From: Vicinamibacterales bacterium
GTDB lineage: Bacteria > Acidobacteriota > Vicinamibacteria > Vicinamibacterales > 2-12-FULL-66-21
Length of the DNA stretch: 52,930 nucleotides
Assembly: GCA_040881785.1 (NCBI GenBank)
Contig: JBBECO010000253.1
Coordinates: 8,968-61,897 of the forward strand
Direction of reading: 5' to 3'
The notes below the pieces were generated by a model that searched no databases, was not told the DNA's origin, and saw only the letters and a list, made by a program, of their open reading frames with translations. The position numbers were made by a program, and so were the translations under genes. Shown here one piece after another: positions 1 through 9,516 of the stretch. Numbering within the stretch: the stretch's first letter is position 1; every line of letters starts with the position of its first letter.

Positions 1-8
1 TGCATACG

Positions 9-887
9 ATGTCACTTGCCACCCGTCTCGACGCGCTCTACACCGACTACAACCGCGAAGCGTCGGCGACCGACCCCGTGCACCTGGTCCGGCCGTTCGC
101 GGATCCCGCCGACCGGGAGATCGCCGGCTTCGTGGCCGCGGCGCTCGCGTTCGGGCGCGTCGGCAGCGTGATCAATTCGATCCGGACGCTGCTGGGCATC
201 ATGGGTCCGCACCCGGCGGCGTTCGTCCGTGCCTTCGATCCGTCCGCGCCGCATCCCGAGCTGCGCGCGATGGTCCACCGGTGGACGCGCGGCGTGGATC
301 TCGTGGCGCTCCTCTGGGTCCTGCGGCAGATGCTGGAGCAGCGGGGGAGCATCGAGGGATTCTTCCTCGAAGGCTATGCCGCAGATCACGACGACATCGG
401 CCCGGCGCTCGACAGTTTCTCGACGCGGGCGCTGGCGCTCGATCTGCGGAAGGCGTACGGCAGGGTCCCGAAGCGCGCCGGGGTGTGCTACTTCTTTCCG
501 CGGCCGTCGGCCGGCAGCGCGTGCAAACGGCTGAACCTGTTCCTCCGCTGGATGATCCGGGACGACGAGATCGACCTCGGCGTCTGGACCGGCGTGCCGG
601 CGTCGAAGCTGGTCGTGCCGCTCGACACGCACATCCTGCGGCTCGGCAAGTGCCTGCGGCTGACGCGCTACAACACGGCGGGCTGGAAGATGGCGGCCGA
701 CATCACGGCGTCGCTGCGGGCGCTCGAGCCGGCGGATCCCATCCGCTTCGATTTTTCACTCTGTCACGTCGGCATGATGGGCGCGTGCGGCTACGGCCGT
801 GCGCAGGGAGATACGCAATGTCCGCTTCGAGGATTGTGCCGTCCGCGCGTACGGTCATCGGCGTCGCGCTCGCGAGCGCGGCGCTAG
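9..887 (+). CDS. TIGR02757/DUF2400 family protein (HhH-GPD-like)
   Basis: DPV...D-E-IAGF..A.LAFG at the N-terminus, SACKRLNLFLRWMIR, PLDTH, DPIRFDFSL and a Cys-rich C-terminus. Confidence 0.85.
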   Translation: MSLATRLDALYTDYNREASATDPVHLVRPFADPADREIAGFVAAALAFGRVGSVINSIRTLLGIMGPHPAAFVRAFDPSAPHPELRAMVHRWTRGVDLVALLWVLRQMLEQRGSIEGFFLEGYAADHDDIGPALDSFSTRALALDLRKAYGRVPKRAGVCYFFPRPSAGSACKRLNLFLRWMIRDDEIDLGVWTGVPASKLVVPLDTHILRLGKCLRLTRYNTAGWKMAADITASLRALEPADPIRFDFSLCHVGMMGACGYGRAQGDTQCPLRGLCRPRVRSSASRSRARR

Positions 888-1345
888 CCGGGGCGGCGGG
901 TGTCGGCTGCGGCTACACCGTGGGCAAGCGTGCCGCCGACGAGCCCCGTGAGCTGCTGGCGGCCGCGCCGCCCGCCGGCGGGCGCATCGCGTTCGTCCGG
1001 GAACGGCCGTGCGGACAGGGGCGGTGCCAGACGCTGTGGCTCGGCACCACGCGCGAGGAGTCGACGGAGGTCGCCGCGCTCACCGGAAGCGAACGCTGTG
1101 AAGCGATCGCCTGGTCGCAGGACGGCTACCGCATGGGCTTTCTGGTCAACGGCTACGAGCTGCGCGTATTCGACACGGACCCGCGCCGCCAGGTCGCGCA
1201 GGTCAATCTCGTCGCGCCCGACGGCATCCCCTCGTCGCGCATCGCGCGCGGCATCACGTTTTCGTCCAACGGTACTGCCGTGACGTTCGACGACTGCCCG
1301 CGGGAGACCTCGGGGTGTAGATCCGGCCTGGCCGCGATCCGGTGA
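818..1345 (+). CDS. Hypothetical exported or lipoprotein, WD40/TolB-like beta-rich
   Basis: AGGGAG then ATG at 818; hydrophobic leader ending in GVGC (lipobox-like); IAWSQDG and ITFSSNG motifs; overlaps the 3' end of the upstream gene. Confidence 0.6.
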   Translation: MSASRIVPSARTVIGVALASAALAGAAGVGCGYTVGKRAADEPRELLAAAPPAGGRIAFVRERPCGQGRCQTLWLGTTREESTEVAALTGSERCEAIAWSQDGYRMGFLVNGYELRVFDTDPRRQVAQVNLVAPDGIPSSRIARGITFSSNGTAVTFDDCPRETSGCRSGLAAIR

Positions 1346-1354
1346 CCGTGTCTC

Positions 1355-1609
1355 CGGAGGTTACGGAGGCAACGGAGTTCTTCAACAACGGAGGAACGGA
1401 GTAACGGAGACGCGAACGGAGAAGACAAACAACAATGGGACCGTGCTTCTCGACGCGCCTGGCTTGCGATTTCGGCGCTGGTTACGTGCACGGGTTGGGA
1501 ACGGCCCGCCGATTCCGATTCCCAAAAATTCTTAGAACCTCCGTTCGTGCCTTCGTTTCACTCCGTTCCTCCGTTGTGTAAAACTCCGTTTCCTCCGTAA
1601 CCTCCGTCA
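1355..1609. repeat. ACGGAG-repeat palindromic element (two inverted ~70-bp arms)
   Basis: Left arm 1355-1421 has tandem (A)ACGGAG units; right arm 1538-1609 has the complementary CTCCGT(T) units; lies between convergent genes. Confidence 0.85.
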
Positions 1610-2695
1610 CCTCGACAGGCGCTCGTACACGCTCAACGTCTCGGCGACCATCCGCTCCGCACTGAAGCGCGCGTTCACCAGCGACAACCCGTCGGCCCCC
1701 ATGCGCGCGCGCAGCGCCTCGTCCTTCAACAGCCGCACGACGGCCTCCGCCATCGCGTGAGGATCGCGCGGGGGCACGAGGATCCCGGTGATCCCGTCCT
1801 GGACGACTTCGGGCATGCCCCCGGCGGTCGTGGCGACGATGGGGCGCCCGCAGGCCATCGCGTCCAGCAGCGACGTGCCGAGCCCTTCGGTGACCGAGCT
1901 CATGACGAAGATGTCGAACGCCTTGTGCAGCGACAGGATGTCGGGACGAAAGCCGGCGAGCATCACGTGCTTCTCGAGGCCGAGGTGCTTGATCTGGTGC
2001 TCCAGCGCGCCGCGGAGTTCCCCCTCGCCGGCAATGACGAAACGCGCATCGGGCACCTCGCGGACGACGAGCGCCGCGGCTTCGACCAGGTGCCGCTGTC
2101 CCTTGTGCGGCACGAGCGCGGCGACGTTGCCCACGATCGGCGCCCCATGGGGGAGCCACAGCTCTTCGTGCAGCGGCGCCCGCGGGGCCGCCGCGACGCG
2201 GCCCAGATCGATCCCTTCGTGCACGGTGACCGCCCGCGACGCCGCCACTCCGTCGGCCAGCAGGATCGTCCGGATCGCCTCCGACGCGCAGATGAAGCAA
2301 TCCACCTGGTCGTACTTCCACCGCGAGAGCGCATTGCCTTTCAGCCGGAAGTCCACGCGCCGCGCGGCGACCAGCGGCGGCCGCTTCGGCTGCGTGCTCA
2401 TCGACAGGGCGATGGCCGCCATGGCGACGCCATGCGGATCGTGGGCGTGCACGATGTCGGGCCGCAGCTCCTTGATCGCGCGGGACAGGCGCCACGCCGC
2501 CGACAGGTCCATCTCGGTCCGTGGCGCGAGCGCCAGGAACTCGAGCCCTTCGTCGGCGCGCCGGCGCAGCTCGCCGTCCGCGTGGGCCACGAGCATGGCG
2601 CGATGCCCTGCGGCGCGCATGCCGAGCACGGTGACGAGCACCTGGTTCTGACCGCCGCGCCAGGTGCGGGCCGTATCGATGTGCAGGGAGAACAT
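1607..2695 (-). CDS. Glycosyltransferase family 4 (GT-B)
   Basis: HIDTARTWRGGQ, DIVHAH, KGQRHL, EGLGTSLLDAMACGRPIVAT; ATG overlaps the upstream stop (TGATG). Confidence 0.9.
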   Translation of the reverse strand: MFSLHIDTARTWRGGQNQVLVTVLGMRAAGHRAMLVAHADGELRRRADEGLEFLALAPRTEMDLSAAWRLSRAIKELRPDIVHAHDPHGVAMAAIALSMSTQPKRPPLVAARRVDFRLKGNALSRWKYDQVDCFICASEAIRTILLADGVAASRAVTVHEGIDLGRVAAAPRAPLHEELWLPHGAPIVGNVAALVPHKGQRHLVEAAALVVREVPDARFVIAGEGELRGALEHQIKHLGLEKHVMLAGFRPDILSLHKAFDIFVMSSVTEGLGTSLLDAMACGRPIVATTAGGMPEVVQDGITGILVPPRDPHAMAEAVVRLLKDEALRARMGADGLSLVNARFSAERMVAETLSVYERLSR

Positions 2696-3468
2696 CAGCC
2701 AGGTCCGGGAGGCGAGGTCCGGGACCTCCCCTGGCGTTCCCACAGCTTCGCCAGCTTCAGGAAGACGTAATACGAATTGAGCATCGAGATGATCAGGCCG
2801 GGCGCGCCGTCCCTGAATCCGCCGCGCAGGATGTAGTTCCGGACGAACGCGAACCAGGCGTGCAGGGCCATCGCCAGCGGGTGGGTTCGCCGGCCCTGCT
2901 CGTGCGACTGGTCGGCCACGAGCGTGGTGTACGCGTCGATCTTCCGAAGATGATGGGCGATGTCGCGGTAGGCGTAATGCTGCAGCTCGCCGCGCAGCGT
3001 CGAGGGCGTGCCCTGGTGCAGCCGGAACGATTCGTGGATCCGGAGGCCGTTCCATTCCCCGGCCCGCCGGTTGTACAGGCGGAGCTGGTAATCGGGATAC
3101 CAGTCCGTGCTGCGAATCCAGCGGCCCAGGTAATAACTCACGCGCTGGACCCGGTAGCCGCCGGCATCGGGCCCTTTCGCGAGCAGCGCCCGGACTTCCG
3201 CGGCGAGCTCGGGCGTCACGCGCTCGTCGGCATCCACCGAGAGGATCCACTCGTGGCTGGCGGCCCCGGCCGCGAAGTTTTTCTGCGCGCTGTAGCCGGG
3301 CCACTCCCGTACGACGACACGGGCCCCTCTGGCCCGCGCCAGATCGGCCGTGCCGTCCGTACTGCCGGAATCGACGACGAGGACCTCGTCGGCCCAGGCG
3401 ACCGAATCGAGAGCGTCCTGGATGTGGGCGGCTTCGTTATAGGTGATGACCGTGACGGTCAGTTTCAC
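2695..3468 (-). CDS. Glycosyltransferase family 2 (WaaE/KdtX-like)
   Basis: VITYNEA, VVDSGSTDGT, QKNFA, WILSVDADE, YPDYQLRL, GFRDG. Confidence 0.9.
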   Translation of the reverse strand: MKLTVTVITYNEAAHIQDALDSVAWADEVLVVDSGSTDGTADLARARGARVVVREWPGYSAQKNFAAGAASHEWILSVDADERVTPELAAEVRALLAKGPDAGGYRVQRVSYYLGRWIRSTDWYPDYQLRLYNRRAGEWNGLRIHESFRLHQGTPSTLRGELQHYAYRDIAHHLRKIDAYTTLVADQSHEQGRRTHPLAMALHAWFAFVRNYILRGGFRDGAPGLIISMLNSYYVFLKLAKLWERQGRSRTSPPGPG

Positions 3469-3486
3469 GAAGGGAGTTTAGCCTAC

Positions 3487-3705
3487 GATCGTCGATCGTC
3501 GATTGTCGATTGCGGATTTGAATGAGGATTGCGGATTGGGGATTGGATTGCCGATTGACGATTGCCCGAATGGATTGCCGATTGACGACTGCCGATTCGA
3601 TTGCCGATTGGGGGCTGCGAATCCCCAATCCCCAATCTGCAATCAAATCCGCAATCGTCAATCGCCGATCAAATCCGCAATCGACAATCGACAGTCGACA
3701 ATCGA
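3487..3705. repeat. 7-bp-period GATTG/CAATC palindromic repeat element
   Basis: GATTGNC units in the left half and GNCAATC units in the right half; perfect 24-bp inverted repeat 3498-3521 / 3669-3692. Confidence 0.85.
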
Positions 3706-5346
3706 CTAACGTCCGCCCAGCGGCGCCTGCTGGACGGCCTGGAAGTTCACGAGCGCGCGGTTGTAGTCGATGATCGCGCGCAGCTCCTGCTGGCGGACGT
3801 TCGCGAGATCGCGCTGGGCCTGGAAGTACTGGAACGTCGTGGACAGGCCGACCGTGACGCGCTTCTGCTCGGCTTCGAGGCGGCGCTCGGCGAACTGGCG
3901 CGCACGCTCGGTGGACTGCACCCGTTGCAGGCTCGTGCTGACCTGCCGGCCGGCGTCGCGTACCTGCGCGATGATCCCGACTTCCAGCTCGCGGAGGGTG
4001 TTCTGTTCCTGCTCGCGCTGGAGCCGCGTGGACGCCACCTGGGCCTCCGCCTGGCTGGTGCCGATCGGATAATTGATCTGGAGCTGCACGCTCCAGGTCT
4101 TGAAGTCGTTGCCGAACACGTCCCGGATCGCATCGGCGAAGCTGCGCTGGGACTGGCTTTCGATGATCGGGGGGAAACCGCCGCCGAATTGAAACTGGGT
4201 TCCCGCCACGCCAACCGTGTTGTAGTTCGCGATCAGATTCACGTCCGGGAGCCGCTGGTTGCGGGCGTAATCCAGCGTGATCTGGGTGGACTCGAAGCGC
4301 TTGCGCGCCTGCGCGAGATCGGTACGGGTGGCCAGCGCATTCTGCACCGCAGCTTCGACGTCGAGCGGCTGCGCCGTCAGCGTCGGCCGTTCGGTCGGCA
4401 CCAGCCGTGCCGTCCAGAAGTCGGGCTGCGCGGGATTCATGACGAGCGTGCGCAGGTTGTCTTCCAGCCGTTTGATGTCCGCTTCGGCGATGATCACGGA
4501 CTCTTCGCGCTGGGCCACTTCCGCCTGGGCCTCGAGGATGTCGATCTGCGCCATGGCCCCGACTTCCACGCGCCGCTCGTTCTGCTGCAGCGACGTCTTG
4601 GACAGTTCGAGCGACTGCCGGAACACGTCGAGCCCGGCGATCGCGCCGACCAGATCGTAGTACGCGTTGCGCACGATACGCTCGGTCGTGGTGAGCTGCT
4701 GCCGGAGCTGGAGGTCGGCGATCTCTTCGTTTTTCCGCGCCACCATCAGCTGCTGCCGGGCGCCGTCGATCCTGAAATTCCGCAGCAGGGGCTGCACGTA
4801 CGAGGCGTTCAGGTTCGAGTTGAGCTGCGGATTGAAGCTGGAGGTGAAGTTGACTTCCCGGCGGGAGGCATCGACACCGAAGGTGTATCGGCCGCCGCCC
4901 CAACGGACGTTCTGCGACACGCCGACGCTGGTGGACATCGATTCCGACGTGGTGGTCGTGGAGGTGCCGCCACTGGCCAGAAAGTCGGGCGGCGAGGTGC
5001 TGCTTCGCGTCGAGCTCGTCGAGGTGAGGTTCGGCGTGAACGCGGCACGCGCCTGCGCCACGTTCAAATTGCTGATTTGGGGCTCCAGCCGCTGGGACCG
5101 GACGCCCAGGTTGTTCTCGAGCGCCATCCGCACGGCGTCATCCGCCGTGAGCTGAATTTCGGGTCCGGACGGGACGGCAGGGGCCGGCGGCTGCGCCACC
5201 GGGGCCGCCACTGGCGGCGGCTGCTGCTGTTCGAATGCGAACACCTGCCGGCCGGATGCGAACAGACAGAGGGCCACGGCCGCGGCCGTGCCACACGCCA
5301 GACGGGCCGATATTTCCTGATTCAAACGCATTGCACCTATCTCCAC
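3706..5346 (-). CDS. TolC-family outer membrane protein
   Basis: Signal peptide; LTADDAVRMALENNL; VRNAYYDL; two helical OEP repeats; start may be the ATG at 5331. Confidence 0.85.
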   Translation of the reverse strand: MEIGAMRLNQEISARLACGTAAAVALCLFASGRQVFAFEQQQPPPVAAPVAQPPAPAVPSGPEIQLTADDAVRMALENNLGVRSQRLEPQISNLNVAQARAAFTPNLTSTSSTRSSTSPPDFLASGGTSTTTTSESMSTSVGVSQNVRWGGGRYTFGVDASRREVNFTSSFNPQLNSNLNASYVQPLLRNFRIDGARQQLMVARKNEEIADLQLRQQLTTTERIVRNAYYDLVGAIAGLDVFRQSLELSKTSLQQNERRVEVGAMAQIDILEAQAEVAQREESVIIAEADIKRLEDNLRTLVMNPAQPDFWTARLVPTERPTLTAQPLDVEAAVQNALATRTDLAQARKRFESTQITLDYARNQRLPDVNLIANYNTVGVAGTQFQFGGGFPPIIESQSQRSFADAIRDVFGNDFKTWSVQLQINYPIGTSQAEAQVASTRLQREQEQNTLRELEVGIIAQVRDAGRQVSTSLQRVQSTERARQFAERRLEAEQKRVTVGLSTTFQYFQAQRDLANVRQQELRAIIDYNRALVNFQAVQQAPLGGR

Positions 5347-5510
5347 TTCACATTGGCTGATCCGGCTGACACCCCGGAAAGAGCAAGAACGTCGCCCTGT
5401 CTACCAGGCCGCTGAAAAAGGGCGGCCTGGATGGAAAATGGATGCGTTCTTCAGCCGTCCTGCTGGACGGCCCGTCCCGCCGGTTTGCCCGCAGGTATAC
5501 TGATCGCCGG

Positions 5511-5538
5511 CCTGCCCTGAGCCTGTCGAAGGGGCAGG
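5511..5538. repeat. REP-like hairpin, CCTGAGCCTGTCGAAGGG type
   Basis: CCTGCCC-TGAGCCTGTCGAAG-GGGCAGG stem-loop in the divergent intergenic region. Confidence 0.55.
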
Positions 5539-5579
5539 TTTCCACCATTCGCCGATTCCAAATAACGAAGGATTAGACG

Positions 5580-8033
5580 TTGATGAATCGATTTAGTGCT
5601 GGGATGGCGGCCGCTTTTCTTGCGGCCCTGACGATTTCTTCCCCCTCCGCACAATCGCCGGCACCCACCAAGGCCCCCGCCAGGGTCGAGATGACGATCG
5701 ACAGCATCATGCGCGGCCCGGATCTGGTCGGCTACCCGCCGTCCAGCCTGCGCTGGTCCGGCGACTCCTCGAAGCTCTATTTCTCCTGGCGCAAGCCGGG
5801 CGAGGAGGAAGCGTCCACATACGTGGTCGGCAAGGACGGCGGGCAGCCGAAGAAGCTGACCGAGGCCGAGGCGAAGAACGCGCCCCCCGCCAATGGACGA
5901 TGGGACAAGGCACGCAAGCGGATGCTCGTCAGCGACAGCGGCGACATCGTCATCTACGAAGCCTCCACCGGCGCGCGGCGGCAGATCACGAAGACCAGCG
6001 GCGGGGAAGGGAACCCGCGCTGGGCGCGCAACGACACGCACGTCACCTATGTGAGCGGCGGCAATCTCTTCATCATGCCGGTGGACGGCTCCGGCACGCT
6101 GGTGACGCAGCTCACCGACGTCACGCAGCGCCGTCCGGAGCCGCGCCTCACCGAGAGCCAGAAGTTCATCAAGGACGAGGAGCAGAAGCTGATCGAGGCG
6201 GTCCGCGAGCGCATCGAGCAGCGCGAGAAACGCGAACAGGAGGCGGAGAAGGAGCGTCTCCCCCGGTTCGAGCTGGCCGGGCAGCAGCAGTCCGCCTCCG
6301 ACCTGCAGCTCTCGGCCGACGAAACCCACGTCTTCATCACCGTGAGCGAGCGCCCAGCCGGCGCGAAAAACACCATCGTCCCGAGCTACGTCACCGAGAC
6401 CGGCTACGTGGAAGACATCCCGGCCCGTACGAACGTCGGGGACACGCAGAACCGGACCCTCCTGGCTATTCTGAACCTGAAGACCGGCACGTCCGTCTGG
6501 GCCGACGGGAGTTTCGCGCCGCCGGTGTCCGATGCGGAAAAGCCGGCCGCCAAAGGCACGACCGACGCGCAAGGCAAGCCCGGGCGGGCAGCCGAACGCG
6601 AAATCCGCTGGTCGATGCCCGTCGTCTCCGACGACGGGAAGTTCGTCGTCGCCAGCGCGCGTTCGGCCGACAACAAGGACCGCTGGTTCGTGACGCTCGA
6701 TCCGGCGACCGGGAAGACCAGGGTCATCGACACGCTGCACGACGAGGCGTGGATCCGCGAGATCGGGTTCGGCGGCTCGAGCGTGGACTTCCTGCCCGAT
6801 GACACGCGCGTGTGGTTTCTCTCGGAACGCGACGGCTGGATGCACCTGTACACGCTGGACGTCAGCGCGGACGGGAGCCGGGCGACGCAGCTCACCGAGG
6901 GCAAGTGGGAGATCACGTCGGCGGAGCTCGCGGCTGACGGGAAGAAGTTCTACATCACGTCCACGGAGAACCACCCCGGCGAGCGGCACCTGTACACCGT
7001 GTCGATCGACGGTGGCGCCCGGACGCAGGTGACGGCGATGACGGGCTCCCACGACGCCACCGTCTCGCCCGACCAGTCGATGCTCGGCCTCGTGCACTCC
7101 TACAGCAACAAGCCGCCGGAGGTGTACGTGATGCCGAACACGCCCGGGGCGACGGCGAAGCCGATCACGACGACCCCGTCGGCCGAATGGCGTGCGTTCA
7201 CATGGATCGATCCCAAGGTGATCACGTTCAAGGCGCGGGACGGCGTGGATGTCTACGCGCGGCTCTTCACGCCGGAGATGATCGGCGCGAAGCGCGACGC
7301 CACGCGGCCGGCGGTGGTCTTCGTGCACGGCGCAGGGTACCTGCAGAACGCGCACAAGTACTGGTCCACCTACTTCCGCGAATACATGTTCCACAACCTG
7401 CTCGCCTCGCGCGGCTACGTCGTGCTCGACGTGGATTACCGGGCGAGCTCGGGCTACGGCCGTGACTGGCGGACGGCGATCTACCGGCACATGGGCGGCA
7501 AGGACCTCGAGGACATCGTGGACGGCGCGAAGTACCTCGTCGCGCAGGAGCGGGTGGACCCGAAGCGGATCGGCGTCTACGGCGGCAGCTACGGCGGCTT
7601 CATCACGCTGATGGCGATGTTCACGACGCCGGACGTCTTCGCCGCCGGCGCGGCGCTGCGTCCCGTCACCGACTGGGCGCATTACAACCATGGCTACACG
7701 TCGAACATCCTGAACATCCCGCAGAAGGATGCGGAGGCGTATCGCAAGAGCTCGCCGATCTACTTCGCCGAAGGCCTGAAAGGGGCGCTCCTGATCCTGC
7801 ACGGCATGGTGGACACGAACGTGCACTTCCAGGACTCCGTGCGGCTGGCGCAGCGGCTCATCGAGCTGCGGAAGGAGAACTGGGAGCTGGCGGCGTATCC
7901 CGTGGAGAACCATGGCTTCACGAGGGAAACGAGCTGGGCCGACGAGTACAAGCGGATCCTGAAGCTGTTCGAGCAGAACCTCCGGCTGTCGTCGAGCCGG
8001 CGGGCCACCTCGACGAACGGGTCGCAGCGATGA
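5580..8033 (+). CDS. S9 family peptidase (DPP-IV / prolyl oligopeptidase-like), secreted
   Basis: Signal peptide, beta-propeller region, nucleophile motif GGSYGG, HGMVDTNVH (Asp) and ENHGF (His). Confidence 0.92.
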   Translation: MMNRFSAGMAAAFLAALTISSPSAQSPAPTKAPARVEMTIDSIMRGPDLVGYPPSSLRWSGDSSKLYFSWRKPGEEEASTYVVGKDGGQPKKLTEAEAKNAPPANGRWDKARKRMLVSDSGDIVIYEASTGARRQITKTSGGEGNPRWARNDTHVTYVSGGNLFIMPVDGSGTLVTQLTDVTQRRPEPRLTESQKFIKDEEQKLIEAVRERIEQREKREQEAEKERLPRFELAGQQQSASDLQLSADETHVFITVSERPAGAKNTIVPSYVTETGYVEDIPARTNVGDTQNRTLLAILNLKTGTSVWADGSFAPPVSDAEKPAAKGTTDAQGKPGRAAEREIRWSMPVVSDDGKFVVASARSADNKDRWFVTLDPATGKTRVIDTLHDEAWIREIGFGGSSVDFLPDDTRVWFLSERDGWMHLYTLDVSADGSRATQLTEGKWEITSAELAADGKKFYITSTENHPGERHLYTVSIDGGARTQVTAMTGSHDATVSPDQSMLGLVHSYSNKPPEVYVMPNTPGATAKPITTTPSAEWRAFTWIDPKVITFKARDGVDVYARLFTPEMIGAKRDATRPAVVFVHGAGYLQNAHKYWSTYFREYMFHNLLASRGYVVLDVDYRASSGYGRDWRTAIYRHMGGKDLEDIVDGAKYLVAQERVDPKRIGVYGGSYGGFITLMAMFTTPDVFAAGAALRPVTDWAHYNHGYTSNILNIPQKDAEAYRKSSPIYFAEGLKGALLILHGMVDTNVHFQDSVRLAQRLIELRKENWELAAYPVENHGFTRETSWADEYKRILKLFEQNLRLSSSRRATSTNGSQR

Positions 8034-8611
8034 CGAGCGTCCTGTCAGGCCCGGACTGTCTCGAGCTGTTTCGACAGTCCGGCGCCCTGCTCGAAGGGCA
8101 CTTCCGGCTGTCGTCGGGGCTGCACTCCGAGCGCTATCTTCAGAGCGCGCTCGTCCTGCAGCATCCGGGGTTTGCGTCGGCGCTCGGGGAAGCGCTCGCG
8201 GCGCGCACGCGCCATCTCGATCCGACGGTGGTGCTCTCGCCGGCGCTGGGCGGCATCGTGATCGGGCAGGAAGTGGCGCGGGCGCTCAGCGTGCGCGCGA
8301 TCTTCGCCGAGCGCCAGGAGGGGACGCTCACGCTGCGTCGCGGGTTCACGCTGGCCCCGGCGGATCGCGTACTGGTGGTCGAAGACGTGATCACGACCGG
8401 CCTCTCGACGCGCGAGACCGTCGATGTGGCTCGCGCAGCGGGTGCGACGGTCGTCGGCGCCGCGGCGATCATCGATCGCGGCCACAACGACGCGACGCTG
8501 GGCGTCCCGCTCCACGCGCTGGTGAAGCTGGACGTGCCGACCCACTCGCCGGACAGCTGTCCCCTGTGCGCGAAGGGGGATCCGGTGGTGAAACCCGGGT
8601 CGCGGGTGTGA
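8030..8611 (+). CDS. pyrE: Orotate phosphoribosyltransferase
   Basis: GHFRLSSGLHS; PRPP motif VLVVEDVITTG; C-terminal CPLC..KPGSR. Confidence 0.92.
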   Translation: MTSVLSGPDCLELFRQSGALLEGHFRLSSGLHSERYLQSALVLQHPGFASALGEALAARTRHLDPTVVLSPALGGIVIGQEVARALSVRAIFAERQEGTLTLRRGFTLAPADRVLVVEDVITTGLSTRETVDVARAAGATVVGAAAIIDRGHNDATLGVPLHALVKLDVPTHSPDSCPLCAKGDPVVKPGSRV

Positions 8612-8635
8612 GTGAACGCGCCGACGGCCCTTAAT

Positions 8636-8733
8636 CACAATGACCACCAAGGCCACGAAGAACACCAAGACGGACACAAGAAACCTATTGGGTTTTCTTC
8701 CTTGTGTTCTTGGTGCTCTTGGTGGCCTTCGTG
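8636..8733. repeat. 9-bp-period CAC(C/G)AAG / CTT(G/C)GTG palindromic repeat
   Basis: caccaaggc-cacgaagaa-caccaagac ... cttggtgct-cttggtggc-cttcgtg around an AT-rich centre. Confidence 0.8.
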
Positions 8734-8751
8734 CCTGAAGGCCGTCAGCCC

Positions 8752-9516
8752 GTGCAGCGGACCCTCAAGCTCACCCTCCAGTACGACGGCACCGATTTCG
8801 TCGGCTGGCAGCGCCAGGCGTCGGGCACCTCGATCCAGGGGCTCCTCGAGGATGCGCTGCGGCGCATCGAAGGCGCGGCCGTCACCGTCCACGGCGCCGG
8901 GCGCACCGATGCCGGCGTGCATGCCCTCGGGCAGGTCTGCAGCGTCTCCCTCACCGCGTCCATCGATCCCGCGGCGCTCGCGCGCGCCCTCAACGCGGTG
9001 CTGCCTCCCGACGTCCGGGTCTCGCAGTCGGAGGTCGTGCCCGATGACTTCCACGCGCGCTTCAGCGCCTCCGGCAAGATCTACGACTACCGCATCGTGA
9101 GCGCACCGTTCGTCTCACCCTTCGTGCGCCGCTACGTGTGGCATGTCGTCCAGCACCTGGATCAGTCGGCCATGCAGCAGGCCACGGCGGTGCTCGTCGG
9201 CGAGCACGATTTCGCGGCATTCCAGGCCGCGGGCACCGGCGTGCACAGCTCGATTCGCACGATCCGTCGCGTCGAGTGGCGCGGCGCCGGCTCGTCCGAG
9301 GATCCCCTGGTCATGCAGCTCGAGGGGGACGGGTTCCTGCGCCACATGGTCCGCAACCTGGCTGGGACGGTGGTCGAGATCGGCGTCGGGCGGCGGCCGG
9401 TGGACGCCATGGCAGAGATCCTGGCGTCGCGCAGCCGCGCGCGCGCCGGTGCCACGGCGCCGGCGTCGGGACTGTTTCTGCGGCAAGTACTGTATTCCGC
9501 TAAAATATTGGCCTAG
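8752..9516 (+). CDS. truA: tRNA pseudouridine(38-40) synthase
   Basis: YDGTDFVGWQRQ, GAGRTDAGVHA, FHARFSA, GDGFLRHMVR, TAPASGLFL; GTG start at 8752. Confidence 0.95.
   Translation: MQRTLKLTLQYDGTDFVGWQRQASGTSIQGLLEDALRRIEGAAVTVHGAGRTDAGVHALGQVCSVSLTASIDPAALARALNAVLPPDVRVSQSEVVPDDFHARFSASGKIYDYRIVSAPFVSPFVRRYVWHVVQHLDQSAMQQATAVLVGEHDFAAFQAAGTGVHSSIRTIRRVEWRGAGSSEDPLVMQLEGDGFLRHMVRNLAGTVVEIGVGRRPVDAMAEILASRSRARAGATAPASGLFLRQVLYSAKILA

Noticed and set aside
1355-1609. Possible CRISPR array (also considered at 3487-3705, 8636-8733 and 33000-33066)
   Set aside because: Units are 6-10 bp, degenerate and arranged as inverted halves; there are no constant 25-40-bp repeats with unique spacers and no cas genes.
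3503-3773. Short ORFs with IADW/NRQS-type repeats
   Set aside because: They are translations of the heptamer palindrome and show no sign of being real genes.
5403-5467. IS or MITE ends (CAGGCCGCTGAAAAA ... TTCTTCAGCCGTCCTG)
   Set aside because: The inverted match is imperfect and single-copy here, with no transposase or target duplication; it may just be a hairpin.
5451-7913. Long antisense ORFs (820 aa here; also 3601-5415, 12366-13736, 23692-25317, 49986-52271 and others)
   Set aside because: Shadow frames of high-GC genes, lying opposite clearly identified CDSs and lacking family motifs.
8612-8751. N-terminal extension of truA, or a separate ORF after pyrE
   Set aside because: The sequence derives from the nonamer repeat; TruA similarity starts at GTG 8752.
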